Translations under genes and position numbers: made by a program
Notes under the pieces: model-generated
What the model was told of the DNA's origin: nothing
The model's database searches: none
What the model saw: the letters and a program-made list of their open reading frames with translations, nothing else
Shown here: positions 30,324 through 40,701 of the stretch, one piece after another
Layout of the letters: every line of letters starts with the position of its first letter
Position numbering within the stretch: the stretch's first letter is position 1
Assembly (NCBI GenBank): GCA_947628895.1
Contig: CANRBS010000002.1
Location: forward strand, 2,818 to 66,817
Length of the DNA stretch: 64,000 nt
Direction: 5' to 3'
Origin: an uncultured Bacilli bacterium
GTDB taxonomy: Bacteria > Bacillota_I > Bacilli_A > RF39 > UBA660

Positions 30324-31127
30324 TTAAAATTCATTAATAATGTATTTATTGCAATTAAATCCTAAACATTTTAATTCATATGTATCAACTATTTTATTAT
30401 TTTTTGCTATTATTACTCTTGGATATATTCCATTATAAAAATTTATATCATTTAAAAGTTTACTATCAATAAGATTCATTTTTGAAATTAAATCATTAGT
30501 TAAATCTGAATAGTCAAAGTAATACATATTTACAGTTTGAGTATTATTTTTTTCAATTATATCAAGAGAAAGTGCACAATCTACACTTGTACATTTATCA
30601 CCTATAAATATTATTTTTGAATATTCATTTTCTTTTAATACTTCTAATAATTTTTGTTCATTTATTTTAATAGTTTCTAATATTTGTGATTTTTCCTTTT
30701 TATAATCTACCATACTTTTTCCAAAAGTAAGTTCAAATTCATAATTTACTGAATTTTCAATATCTTTAAAAAATGTAAGATTTTTTTCATCTAACTCAAT
30801 TTCTAATTTATCATTATTATAATTAACTATTTTTATTGATTTTCCACAATCTAAATTAAAAGTTTTGCTTACTTTATTATATATATAGTTTTTACAATTA
30901 TCATATTCATTAGGATTATTAGTATTATCAGCTTTATAATATTTAAAATTATTTTCACTAAATTCTAAAACATCATAATAACCATTTGTATTATTATATC
31001 TATACCATTTAGTATTTAATAAATCTTTATTTATTGTAGTAGTACTATATCTAAATAAATATGCTATTACTATAAATAAAGTAATTAACATTAAAAAAAT
31101 TATATATATTATATTCTTATTTTTCAT
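30324..31127 (-). CDS. Membrane-anchored hypothetical protein
   Basis: Single N-terminal TM helix, Asn/Tyr-rich extracytoplasmic part, several Cys pairs. No recognised domain. Confidence 0.35.
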   Translation of the reverse strand: MKNKNIIYIIFLMLITLFIVIAYLFRYSTTTINKDLLNTKWYRYNNTNGYYDVLEFSENNFKYYKADNTNNPNEYDNCKNYIYNKVSKTFNLDCGKSIKIVNYNNDKLEIELDEKNLTFFKDIENSVNYEFELTFGKSMVDYKKEKSQILETIKINEQKLLEVLKENEYSKIIFIGDKCTSVDCALSLDIIEKNNTQTVNMYYFDYSDLTNDLISKMNLIDSKLLNDINFYNGIYPRVIIAKNNKIVDTYELKCLGFNCNKYIINEF

Positions 31128-31195
31128 AATTATATGATAGCAAAAAAGTATATTTTTTTCAATCTAATAATAATTATTCTTAGTTTAAAAATGAG

Positions 31196-31459
31196 TTACT
31201 TATTAGTATTGTGATAATAATTAAATTCATTTATTTCTTTAGATACTTGATCTAAATCATCTGCATCTTCGTTATCTAATACTTCATCTATTTGATAAAT
31301 AAGTTCATTAATACTACCACATTTAGTAGCATCTATATCATATTTTAATAATACTTCCATTTGATAATCAGATAAATATATACCTTTATTTACTTCTTTA
31401 TGCATATATTTTTGATTAAATAAATCATCTATATTCACATCTTGATTATTAATTTTCAT
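31196..31459 (-). CDS. Small acidic hypothetical protein
   Basis: 87 aa ORF, Asp/Glu-rich, on the same strand as its neighbours. No recognised domain. Confidence 0.3.
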   Translation of the reverse strand: MKINNQDVNIDDLFNQKYMHKEVNKGIYLSDYQMEVLLKYDIDATKCGSINELIYQIDEVLDNEDADDLDQVSKEINEFNYYHNTNK

Positions 31460-31487
31460 AATTTACCTCTTAAATAAAAAATCACTA

Positions 31488-31688
31488 TTAATCAGTGATT
31501 CCATATTTGTCTTTAAATTTTTGTACATTTCCAGTTTTAACTGTTTTGAATTTTCCTGTATAAAATGAATGACATTTATTACAAGATTCTAATTGTATTT
31601 CATCTTTTGTTGATTTAACTTCAAATTCATTTCCACAAGCACATTTAACTTTACATACTTTTTGTACTGGATGTATTCCCTTTTTCAT
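31488..31688 (-). CDS. rpmE: 50S ribosomal protein L31
   Basis: MKKGIHPVQK start, Cys pairs CAC..CNKC, HSFYTGK motif. Confidence 0.95.
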   Translation of the reverse strand: MKKGIHPVQKVCKVKCACGNEFEVKSTKDEIQLESCNKCHSFYTGKFKTVKTGNVQKFKDKYGITD

Positions 31689-31827
31689 ATTTTTCTTATC
31701 CTCCTCGCCATAACTAATTGATAGTTATAGAAATAACTTCGTTTAGTATTATACAAGCATTTTATTTAAAAATCAAGTAAAATCGTTGCTTTTAGCAAAT
31801 TATATTGTTTCTTTTGGCATAATTTAT

Positions 31828-32433
31828 CTACTTTTTATCTATTATACTAGTTAAATTATTAAATATTTTCTCTTGTATTTTGTCATTTTTTAATTTATTA
31901 AATGTATTAAATAAGTCTATAAATTCTATATTTGAATTTGTTATTTTAAATCTTACATCTTCATTTTTATCTATTTTACAATAATTTCCTATAACTATTA
32001 TTTTAGCGGTTGATATTTTATTAATTAAATTATATAGATTCGTAATATCATTATTTATAAAAGTATTATAATTTTTAATTATATTATCATTCTTTTTACA
32101 TTTGTTGAAATATTCTTTATTATTTGCATTAATTATAATGTATTCAGCTTTAGAAATTAATTGATTTAAATATACTTCTTTATTTTTTATTATGATGTAG
32201 TCATTAGATTTTATTTTTTTGAGCATTTCTTTATATGTTATATTATCATAAGTAAAAGTATTTATATTATATTTATCTCTATCAAGATTTTCTAAATATG
32301 ATTTATTTTTTCCTGTTAATAAATAATTATCTCCAAATACTAATATATCTTTTGTTTCATTAAAAGTAATTTTATATATAAAATAAGATAATGGTATAAG
32401 CAATAAAAAAATAACTAGTATTTTTCTTTTCAT
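31828..32433 (-). CDS. Membrane-anchored hypothetical protein
   Basis: N-terminal TM/signal, Asn/Lys/Ile-rich. ILVFGDNY faintly recalls an SGNH block I, which is not enough for a call. Confidence 0.3.
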   Translation of the reverse strand: MKRKILVIFLLLIPLSYFIYKITFNETKDILVFGDNYLLTGKNKSYLENLDRDKYNINTFTYDNITYKEMLKKIKSNDYIIIKNKEVYLNQLISKAEYIIINANNKEYFNKCKKNDNIIKNYNTFINNDITNLYNLINKISTAKIIVIGNYCKIDKNEDVRFKITNSNIEFIDLFNTFNKLKNDKIQEKIFNNLTSIIDKK

Positions 32434-32453
32434 AGATAATCACCTATTAAAGT

Positions 32454-33707
32454 TTACTCAGTTATTTCTATTTTAGCACCAATTGATTCTAATTTTGCCG
32501 TTATATGGCTATATCCTCTTAATATAACATCACAGCTTTCTATTTCAGTTATACCTTCTGCTATTAAACCCGCAATTAATAATGAAGCTCCACCACGAAG
32601 ATCTGTTGCTATAACTTTTGTACCTTTTAATTTTCTAGGACCAGTAATTTCTAATTTATGTAAAGATAATACATTAGTTATTGCACCCATTCTATTTAAA
32701 TCGTATGTGTTTTTAAATCTATTTTCATATAAAGTTTCTTCTATTATTGATTTGCCTTTTGCTTGTGTTAATAAAGTTGTCATTGGTTGTTGTAAATCTG
32801 TTGGAAATCCTGGAAATACTAAAGTCTTTATATATGTAGATTTAATATTTTCACACTTAGAAATTGTCATTACATCATCTTCTATTTTATATTTAACACC
32901 TATTTCTGTTAATTTCATAAGTAATGCTTCTATATGTTCTTTAATTATTCCTTTAATTTTTAAATTATTTCCAAGTAAAGCTCCCATTATTATAAATGTT
33001 CCACATTCTATTCTATCTGGAAATACTTCAATAACTCCATCTTTTATTTGTTTACAACCTTCTATTTCTATTCTTTTTGTACCTGCTCCTCGTACTTTAA
33101 ACCCCATGTTTATTAAAAATGATGCAACATTTACTATTTCTGGTTCCATAGCAGCATTTTCAATAATAGTTGTTCCTTCTGCTCCAGTTGCAGCTAACAT
33201 TATATTTATTGTTGCACCTACACTTGGAAAATCAAAATATATTTTTTTACCTACTAATTTTTCAGCAGTTATTGTATATCTATTTTTATTTATTTCAACG
33301 GTTGCACCTAATTCTTCAAAACCTTTAATATGAATATCTATTGGTCTTGCTCCAATATTACATCCTCCTGGAAATGATATTTCAACATGACCAAATTTTG
33401 CAAGTAAAGCTCCCATAAAATAATAAGAAGCTCTCATTTGAACACTTAAATCTTCTGGGATAGGTATATTTTTTATTTTTGATGAATCTATATATAAAAC
33501 ATCTTCTTTATGATCAATTTTACAATTTAAAAGTTCCATTATTTTAATTAAATAATCTATATCTTTAATTTCTGGTACATTGTAAATAACACTTTTTTTA
33601 TTAGCAAGTATTGCTGCTGGAAGAAGTGCAACAGCACTGTTTTTGGCACCACTTATTTTAATTTCACCAGATAATTGATGTCCGCCTTCTATAGTTATTT
33701 TTGACAT
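32454..33707 (-). CDS. murA: UDP-N-acetylglucosamine 1-carboxyvinyltransferase
   Basis: Full-length MurA; catalytic Cys loop FPGGCNIGARPID. Confidence 0.95.
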   Translation of the reverse strand: MSKITIEGGHQLSGEIKISGAKNSAVALLPAAILANKKSVIYNVPEIKDIDYLIKIMELLNCKIDHKEDVLYIDSSKIKNIPIPEDLSVQMRASYYFMGALLAKFGHVEISFPGGCNIGARPIDIHIKGFEELGATVEINKNRYTITAEKLVGKKIYFDFPSVGATINIMLAATGAEGTTIIENAAMEPEIVNVASFLINMGFKVRGAGTKRIEIEGCKQIKDGVIEVFPDRIECGTFIIMGALLGNNLKIKGIIKEHIEALLMKLTEIGVKYKIEDDVMTISKCENIKSTYIKTLVFPGFPTDLQQPMTTLLTQAKGKSIIEETLYENRFKNTYDLNRMGAITNVLSLHKLEITGPRKLKGTKVIATDLRGGASLLIAGLIAEGITEIESCDVILRGYSHITAKLESIGAKIEITE

Positions 33708-33797
33708 AATTCACCTCATGCCTTTCTTTAATAATAATATACTATTAAAAGCAAGAATAATCAATGAATTATATGCTTTTTCACCCTTTTTTTGACA

Positions 33798-34343
33798 TTA
33801 AAATATATTTTTAAATAAATCTACTATTTTAAATCTGTATTCTATATTTTTTTCTTCTTCTATTTTTTCATTATTAGTTTTATTACTTTTATTAATTTCT
33901 TCATAATCTAACATACATAAAGATGGATATAATATACAAAAATAATTATTACCTTTAGCATCTCCAATTTCAATTACAAGTGATTTATAAGTTCCTGCTG
34001 GATAAGTTTTTCCTCTATATTCTTTTTTAGGAAATTCATTTAATCCATAAGATATGTTATAAGTTTTATTATAATTATTTTTTTCAAATAAAGCATCAAT
34101 TTTATTTTCAATGTTATTTAAATTTGAATAAATATTTTTATTTGTTTCTTCTTTTGTACTAGTTTTATCAAAAAGTATTCCAGATAATTCATTAACTACT
34201 TTTTCTTTCATAATAATATCATTTGCAGAATTACTATTAGCTATTACTCTAAATCTAATAGAGTCTTCTGTTAAATTATATTCATTACTATTTATAAAAA
34301 TAATAAACAAAATAATACTTAAAATTAAAATTAATTTTTTCAT
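33798..34343 (-). CDS. spoIIR: Stage II sporulation protein R
   Basis: SIRFRVIANSNS, YPAGTYKSLVIEIGDAKGNNYFCILYPSLC match SpoIIR signature blocks. Confidence 0.8.
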   Translation of the reverse strand: MKKLILILSIILFIIFINSNEYNLTEDSIRFRVIANSNSANDIIMKEKVVNELSGILFDKTSTKEETNKNIYSNLNNIENKIDALFEKNNYNKTYNISYGLNEFPKKEYRGKTYPAGTYKSLVIEIGDAKGNNYFCILYPSLCMLDYEEINKSNKTNNEKIEEEKNIEYRFKIVDLFKNIF

Positions 34344-34389
34344 TTTAAAACCAACCTTTCATTGTAATATTGGTTGGTTTTTTTATTTT

Positions 34390-35136
34390 TTATTCATTTA
34401 TTATAAAAATATATCTATCTTTATTTGATAAATCTTTTTCTAATAGTATTTTTGATTTAGGAAAATAATACTTAGCTATATCAATAATATCTTGTCCTTC
34501 ATCATATCCAATTTCAAATGCTATTATGAATTTATCATTAACATTATTGACTGCGGTTTTTAATATTTCTTTATAAAAATGTAATCCATTATCAGTAGCA
34601 TATAATGCAATATTTGGTTCATATAATCTTACACTTTCCATTATATTTTCCTGCTCTTTTACATATGGTGGATTACTTATAATAATATCAAATTTAGCAT
34701 TAATATTATTTAGCATATCATTTTCTATAAAATTAATATTTACATTATTTTCTTTTGCATTAATTTTTGCTATTTCAAGAGCCGACTTAGATATATCTAC
34801 TGCAGTAACTGTTGAGTTTAACTCTTTTGCTAGAGTTACTGCTATACATCCACTTCCTGTTCCTAAATCAATAATATTTAATTTTTTATCTTTGAATAAT
34901 TTTTTACTATAATTAATAGTTTTTTCTATTAAATATTCTGTTTCATATCTTGGTATTAAAACACTTTCATTAACGGTAATTTTATATCCATAAAAATTAA
35001 CATACCCAATCAAATATTGAATTGGGTATTTTTTTAATAGTTGTTGATAATCTTGTTCTAAATTTTTACTTACCTTTTTTAATTCTTCTAGTTCTCTATT
35101 AGAAATTCCAAGTTGTTTTATTTCACTGTCCATCAT
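34390..35136 (-). CDS. prmC: Release-factor glutamine N5-methyltransferase
   Basis: DLGTGSG SAM motif and NPPY; overlaps the prfA stop. Confidence 0.9.
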   Translation of the reverse strand: MMDSEIKQLGISNRELEELKKVSKNLEQDYQQLLKKYPIQYLIGYVNFYGYKITVNESVLIPRYETEYLIEKTINYSKKLFKDKKLNIIDLGTGSGCIAVTLAKELNSTVTAVDISKSALEIAKINAKENNVNINFIENDMLNNINAKFDIIISNPPYVKEQENIMESVRLYEPNIALYATDNGLHFYKEILKTAVNNVNDKFIIAFEIGYDEGQDIIDIAKYYFPKSKILLEKDLSNKDRYIFIINE

Positions 35137-36184
35137 GCTCTAATCTCATTCTTTCATCTTCAGCAATTAGTGCTTCTATTAAGTCTTCTAAGTCACCTTC
35201 CATAATTTTGTCTAAATGCATAACTGTGTAATTAATTCTATGATCAGTAAGTCTATTTTGTGGATAGTTATATGTTCTTATTTTTTCAGCTCTATCTCCA
35301 GTACCAATCTTACTTCTTCTTTCATTACCAAGTTTTTCTTCTTGTTCTCTTTGTCTTAAATCATAAAGTCTTGTTTTTAATATTTGCATTGCTCTTTCTT
35401 TATTTTTAATTTGACTTCTTTCTACTTGACAATAAACAACTATATTAGTTGGTAAGTGTGTAATTCTAACAGCAGAATCTGTTGTATTTACACATTGACC
35501 TCCAGCTCCACTACTTCTTGTTATATCTACTCTTATATCACTATCTTTTATTTCAATATCTATTTCTTCTGCTTCTGGCATAACAAGTACAGTAGCAGTA
35601 GATGTATGTACTCTTCCTTGAGATTCAGTTTCAGGTACTCTTTGTACTCTATGAGCTCCACTTTCATATTTTAATTTTGAATATACACTTTCTCCACTTA
35701 ACATGAATTCAATTTGAGCATATCCTCCACTTTCACCGGGAACTTCATGTGTTACTTCTAATTTCCATCCTTGCTTTTCTGCATATTTAGAATACATTCT
35801 AAATAAATCACCTGCAAAGATATTAGCTTCATCTCCACCGGCTGCTCCTCTTATTTCTATAATAACATTCTTTTCATCATTAGGATCTTTTGGTAAAAGC
35901 ATTATTTTTAATTTATGTTCTAATTCTTCTTGTTCTTTATGTAAGTTTTCTAATTCCTCAGCAGCAAAGTCTTTCATTTCAACATCTTTCATCATTTCTT
36001 TTGCTGCTTCTATATCATCAAGTACACTATTATATTTTTTATAAGCTTCTACAATTTTCTCTATTGAGTTTTTTTCTTTTGATACTTCTTGCATTTTTTT
36101 ATAGTCTTCATAAACTTCAGGTTTTAATAATTCTTCAGTTAAATGATTATATCTTTCATTTATAATTTCTAATCTTTCTTTCAT
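35123..36184 (-). CDS. prfA: Peptide chain release factor 1
   Basis: PET (PxT) anticodon tripeptide and SGAGGQCVN GGQ motif. Confidence 0.95.
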   Translation of the reverse strand: MKERLEIINERYNHLTEELLKPEVYEDYKKMQEVSKEKNSIEKIVEAYKKYNSVLDDIEAAKEMMKDVEMKDFAAEELENLHKEQEELEHKLKIMLLPKDPNDEKNVIIEIRGAAGGDEANIFAGDLFRMYSKYAEKQGWKLEVTHEVPGESGGYAQIEFMLSGESVYSKLKYESGAHRVQRVPETESQGRVHTSTATVLVMPEAEEIDIEIKDSDIRVDITRSSGAGGQCVNTTDSAVRITHLPTNIVVYCQVERSQIKNKERAMQILKTRLYDLRQREQEEKLGNERRSKIGTGDRAEKIRTYNYPQNRLTDHRINYTVMHLDKIMEGDLEDLIEALIAEDERMRLEHDGQ

Positions 36185-36227
36185 TTTAAATTTTCCTTTC
36201 TATTATATTTTTTAAGAAAGTACTTCT

Positions 36228-36674
36228 CTACATATCTATATCGTCTTCATACCCTTCATCTACGATAACTAAGTCTTTTAAATCATCCTCTTCTTTATCA
36301 TCATCCATGTCATCTATATCATCATAATAGTCTTTTTCTTCTTCAGTATCATCTTCATCATCTTTATCTTCTTCTACTATTTCATCATCAAGTTCATCTT
36401 CTATTTCTTTTATACTTATTTGAGCAGTATGATTTTCTCTTAAATCCCAATATCCTTTTTCTAGTTGAATAAATCTTTTTTCAGTTGCCATTAATGCAAA
36501 GAAATCACCCATTTGCTCTTCATAAGCTTTATCCCCTAAATTTAAAGTATCACATATTATTTTAAATATGTCAGTAATTTTCATCTTTTTTCCTTTTTCT
36601 TTTAAAATAATATATGCAATATCATCAAATGATAATGTTTCTAATTCTTCTTTTGATATTGTTTTAAATTTCAT
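36228..36674 (-). CDS. rpoE: RNA polymerase delta subunit
   Basis: N-terminal delta domain (LSFDDIAYIILKEKGKKMKITDIF...RFIQLEKGYWDLREN) plus a long poly-Asp/Glu tail. Confidence 0.85.
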   Translation of the reverse strand: MKFKTISKEELETLSFDDIAYIILKEKGKKMKITDIFKIICDTLNLGDKAYEEQMGDFFALMATEKRFIQLEKGYWDLRENHTAQISIKEIEDELDDEIVEEDKDDEDDTEEEKDYYDDIDDMDDDKEEDDLKDLVIVDEGYEDDIDM

Positions 36675-36791
36675 TTTATTAAATTCCTCCTCAAAGTTCT
36701 CACTTCTTCCATTAAAATTATACTTATTTTTTATAATAAATCAAGTATTTTTTATACATTTAATTACATAATAATACTGGGTACTTATATT

Positions 36792-38711
36792 ATGAAGAAA
36801 ATTGTATTTATTATTAAAATATTTGTTTTATTATTTTTTATTACTATTATAGCTAGTTTAAGCTTTTATGTATATGCTTTTATCACACCTAAGTTTTCAA
36901 TTAATACTACTGATAACATTTCATATTATGATAAAAATGGTGATGATATATTTGAAAGTACTGATAGTAATTATGTAAAATTAGACGATATTAGTGATTA
37001 TGTAAAAGATGCTATAATCAGTATTGAAGATAAAAATTTTTATACTCATAATGGTTTTGATTTTATGAGAATATTAAAAGCTATATTTATAAATTTAATG
37101 AGTGGAGAAATTAAGCAAGGAGCATCTACTATATCTCAACAGTATGTAAAAAATTTATATTTAACTTTTGATAAAACTTGGAAAAGAAAAATGGAAGAAG
37201 CATTTTTAACTATTGAACTTGAAACTCATTATAGTAAAGATGAAATATTAGAAGGTTATTTAAATACAATTGATTATGGTGCTGGAAACTATGGAATTAA
37301 AAGTGCTAGTAAATATTATTTTAATAAAGAACCAAAAGATTTAACTATTGAAGAAGCTACAATACTAGTAGGTATTCCAAGAAGTCCTGCATATTATAAT
37401 CCAATTACCAATTATGATAATGCTAAAAAAAGACAAAAAGCCGTACTTGTGAGTATGTACAATAATGGTATTATTAAGAAAAATGAAATTGATGAAATAT
37501 ATAATAAAGAATTAAATTTTTATGGTAAATATGATAAAGCTGAATTATCAAGTATTTATTATTATAAAGATGCTATACTTAGTGAAATGGATAATATAAA
37601 AGAAATACCTGATACACTATTAGATATTGATGGACTTAAAATATATACAAATTTAGATGTTGATGTACAAAAATTATTAGAAAAAAATGTTAGTGACGAA
37701 ATGAGTGACACAACTTTACAAGTCGCATCAATTGTTGTAAAACCTGAAAATGGTAAAATTGTAGCATTAATTGGTGGTAAAGATTATTCCAAATCACAAT
37801 TTAATAGAGCTACTTCTTCACATAGACAAGTTGGCTCTACTATTAAACCTTTTTTATACTATTCTGCTTTAGAAAATGGTTTTACTCCTTCTTCTACATT
37901 TTTAAGTGAAAGAACTACATTTAATTTAGGAAATGAAACATATAGTCCTAAAAATGCTAATAATATTTATGCTAATAAAAATATTTCAATGCTTAGTGCT
38001 ATTGCTTATTCTGATAATATTTATGCAATGAAAACTCATTTGTTTTTAGGAACTGATATGCTTTCTAAAACTATGAAAAGAGTTAAAATTAATACAACCG
38101 TAGAAGAAAATGCATCTTCTGCTCTTGGAACTAGTGAAATTAATATTATAGATTATAGTAATGGATATATTACTCTTGCTAATGAAGGACAACATGAAAC
38201 ACCACATATAATTGAAAAAATAACTGATAATAAAGGTAATATTCTTTATGAATATAAATATAAAAATGAATATGTTTTAAATAAAAAATATGTATATATT
38301 TTAAACAACTTATTAACATCTACTTATGACTATAGTTTAGTTTCTTATACATCTCCTACACTAGTTAGTATTTCTAGTTTAATAGATGGAAAATATGCTA
38401 TTAAAAGTGGTAGTACTGCAACTGATTACTGGACTATTGGATATAATAAAGATTATTTAGTTATGGTATGGGCTGGTAATGATGATAATTCTAATGTTAA
38501 ATCAGGTGAATCTAAAATTACTAAAAGAATATGGGCAAATACTATAAACAACATAAAAGATAATAATAAAACCTGGTATGATATACCACCAGGTATTACA
38601 ATAGATACGATTGATCCAATTAGTGGAGAAGAAAAAATAAAAGGTTATTTATGTTATTATGAAAAGGGTAGTGAACCTAGTTATAATTATATTGAAAATA
38701 ATATAAATTAA
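36792..38711 (+). CDS. Class A penicillin-binding protein (glycosyltransferase + transpeptidase)
   Basis: GT51 motif EDKNFYTHNGFD. Transpeptidase motifs STIKP, YSDN, KSGST. N-terminal TM anchor. Confidence 0.9.
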   Translation: MKKIVFIIKIFVLLFFITIIASLSFYVYAFITPKFSINTTDNISYYDKNGDDIFESTDSNYVKLDDISDYVKDAIISIEDKNFYTHNGFDFMRILKAIFINLMSGEIKQGASTISQQYVKNLYLTFDKTWKRKMEEAFLTIELETHYSKDEILEGYLNTIDYGAGNYGIKSASKYYFNKEPKDLTIEEATILVGIPRSPAYYNPITNYDNAKKRQKAVLVSMYNNGIIKKNEIDEIYNKELNFYGKYDKAELSSIYYYKDAILSEMDNIKEIPDTLLDIDGLKIYTNLDVDVQKLLEKNVSDEMSDTTLQVASIVVKPENGKIVALIGGKDYSKSQFNRATSSHRQVGSTIKPFLYYSALENGFTPSSTFLSERTTFNLGNETYSPKNANNIYANKNISMLSAIAYSDNIYAMKTHLFLGTDMLSKTMKRVKINTTVEENASSALGTSEINIIDYSNGYITLANEGQHETPHIIEKITDNKGNILYEYKYKNEYVLNKKYVYILNNLLTSTYDYSLVSYTSPTLVSISSLIDGKYAIKSGSTATDYWTIGYNKDYLVMVWAGNDDNSNVKSGESKITKRIWANTINNIKDNNKTWYDIPPGITIDTIDPISGEEKIKGYLCYYEKGSEPSYNYIENNIN

Positions 38712-38716
38712 AAGTG

Positions 38717-39892
38717 CTAATCTCTAGCACTTTTATCAATTTCAATAACAATTTTATATTTATCAGGTAAATCCATTTCTTGTGTTGTTATAATATTTGC
38801 TTTATTTAAATCACTTACAAGTTCTCTTACTTTACTAATCATATTTGGTAAAGTAATTTTTTTATTTTCTTCTAATACATTATTTTGTTCTTCTATATCA
38901 TTATGATTTTCATCATTATATTCATCATGTTTTTCTGGCTCTTTATCACTAAAATTATATCTATCTTTCATAGCATTATTAATTATTTCATCATAATAAC
39001 TACTATCTTTTTGATTTTGAATTTGTTCATCTATTTTTCTAATATTATTTTCAAATTCTGTTTGATAAGGATTCAATGATTCTTCTTTTTGTTCTTCTTT
39101 ATTTTCTTCATGAATTTGATTTTCTTTTGGAATATCATTAGACATATCATCAATATTTACTACTTCTGGTTTATTTAATTCACTAATGTGATCTATTTTA
39201 TTTTCTGCACTTTCTGTTTCTTTTTGCATTTCTTGTTCTAAGAACTTCATTAATCCTACTGGAATATCATTATCTATAGTTGATTTATTTAAAAGTTTAC
39301 TTATTTCTTCTTCTGTTTGTCTTACAGTTAATCTTTCATTAACTATTCTATTTAATAATTCAACTTGTAAGTTTGAATCATTTAAAGATAATAAACTTCT
39401 TGCATGTCTTTCACTTATTTTATTATGTAATAAAGCATCTTGTACTTCTTTAGGTAAACTTAAAAGTCTTAATTTATTAGCTATTGATGATTGACTTACA
39501 CCAAGCTTTTTAGCAATTTCTTCTTGTGTATAATTTTTATCAATTAATTTTTTATAAGATTGAGCTTCTTCTATTACAGTTAAATTTTTTCTTTGTAAAT
39601 TTTCTAAAAGTGCTATTTCTGAACTAGTATTATCATCAGTATTTTTTATAATTGCTGGAACTGATTTTAGACCTGCTAAAAGAGAAGCTTTATATCTTCT
39701 TTCACCTGCAATTATTTCATATTTTGAACCTATATTTCTTAAAACTAATGGTTGAATAATACCATATCTTCTAATAGAATCAGCAAGACTATTTAATTCT
39801 TGTTCATCAAAAGCAAGTCTTGGTTGAAATCTATTTGGTATTATATCTTCAACTCTAACATTTATTATTTTTTCATTTTCTTCCATACTCAT
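38717..39892 (-). CDS. noc: ParB-family protein with Noc-type DNA-recognition residues (nucleoid occlusion protein-like), atypical N-terminus and long acidic insertion
   Basis: PNRFQPR and GERR ParB boxes. QSSIANKLRLL and KISERHARSLL match B. subtilis Noc (QSTIANKLRLL, KITERHARAL) rather than Spo0J (RPHIANHLRLL, LSMGHGRTLL). Sits next to rsmG as noc does in Bacillus. Confidence 0.75.
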   Translation of the reverse strand: MSMEENEKIINVRVEDIIPNRFQPRLAFDEQELNSLADSIRRYGIIQPLVLRNIGSKYEIIAGERRYKASLLAGLKSVPAIIKNTDDNTSSEIALLENLQRKNLTVIEEAQSYKKLIDKNYTQEEIAKKLGVSQSSIANKLRLLSLPKEVQDALLHNKISERHARSLLSLNDSNLQVELLNRIVNERLTVRQTEEEISKLLNKSTIDNDIPVGLMKFLEQEMQKETESAENKIDHISELNKPEVVNIDDMSNDIPKENQIHEENKEEQKEESLNPYQTEFENNIRKIDEQIQNQKDSSYYDEIINNAMKDRYNFSDKEPEKHDEYNDENHNDIEEQNNVLEENKKITLPNMISKVRELVSDLNKANIITTQEMDLPDKYKIVIEIDKSARD

Positions 39893-39996
39893 TACCCTTT
39901 TTACTTCTATAACAATTTTAATCTATTTTTGTAATTTTATCAAGTACCTATTTATGTTAATTTCTTATAATTTAAAAGATAACATTTAAGTTACCT

Positions 39997-40701
39997 TTAT
40001 TTTATACTTTCCTTTTTTATAATATTATAATTTCTTGGATACTTTAAATCTGTAGATTTATATTTTTTAAATACTAATAATGTTCTTTTTGAATTTTCTA
40101 TTGGTAATTCATAATCTATTTGACTATCTAATCTATAACTTAATTTATCTATGTTTTTCTCTGCAAATTTTAATTCTTCTAATGCATTTGCTTTCATTGG
40201 TATAAATTCTCCATTAATTTTTAATAATGAAGATGAAAGCTCTAATATAATATTTAAATTAGATACTGCTCTACAAGTGACTATATCAAATAATTCTCTA
40301 TTATTTTTACCATAATCTTCTACTCTTGTGTTTATTATTTCTACATTTTTTAGATTTAATTTATTTTTTACGGCTTCTAAAAATGTAACTTTTTTACTAT
40401 TTGATTCTATTAATGTAAAGTTTGAATTATCAAATATTATTGCAAGTACCATTCCTGGAAAACCTGCTCCTGTACCAAAATCACATATTTTTTTATTATT
40501 TAAATTAGTTGTTTTAACTAGACATAAACTATCATAAAAATGTTTTAAATAAATATCTTTTTCTTCAATAATTGTTGTTAAATTAAATTTTTGATTCCAC
40601 TTAATTAATAAATTTTTATATTCTTCTAAACCACTCAAATTTTTAGTAGTTAAATTTATTCCAAGAATACTACAATATTTTATAAACTCTTCTTTAGTCA
40701 T
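39997..40701 (-). CDS. rsmG: 16S rRNA m7G527 methyltransferase
   Basis: GidB family; DFGTGAGFPG SAM motif; follows mnmG. Confidence 0.9.
   Translation of the reverse strand: MTKEEFIKYCSILGINLTTKNLSGLEEYKNLLIKWNQKFNLTTIIEEKDIYLKHFYDSLCLVKTTNLNNKKICDFGTGAGFPGMVLAIIFDNSNFTLIESNSKKVTFLEAVKNKLNLKNVEIINTRVEDYGKNNRELFDIVTCRAVSNLNIILELSSSLLKINGEFIPMKANALEELKFAEKNIDKLSYRLDSQIDYELPIENSKRTLLVFKKYKSTDLKYPRNYNIIKKESIK

Noticed and set aside
32707-33333. 208 aa ORF antisense to murA
   Set aside because: It lies entirely inside a well-supported conserved gene on the other strand. Its low-complexity Ile/Phe/Ser-rich translation is typical of shadow ORFs in AT-rich DNA.
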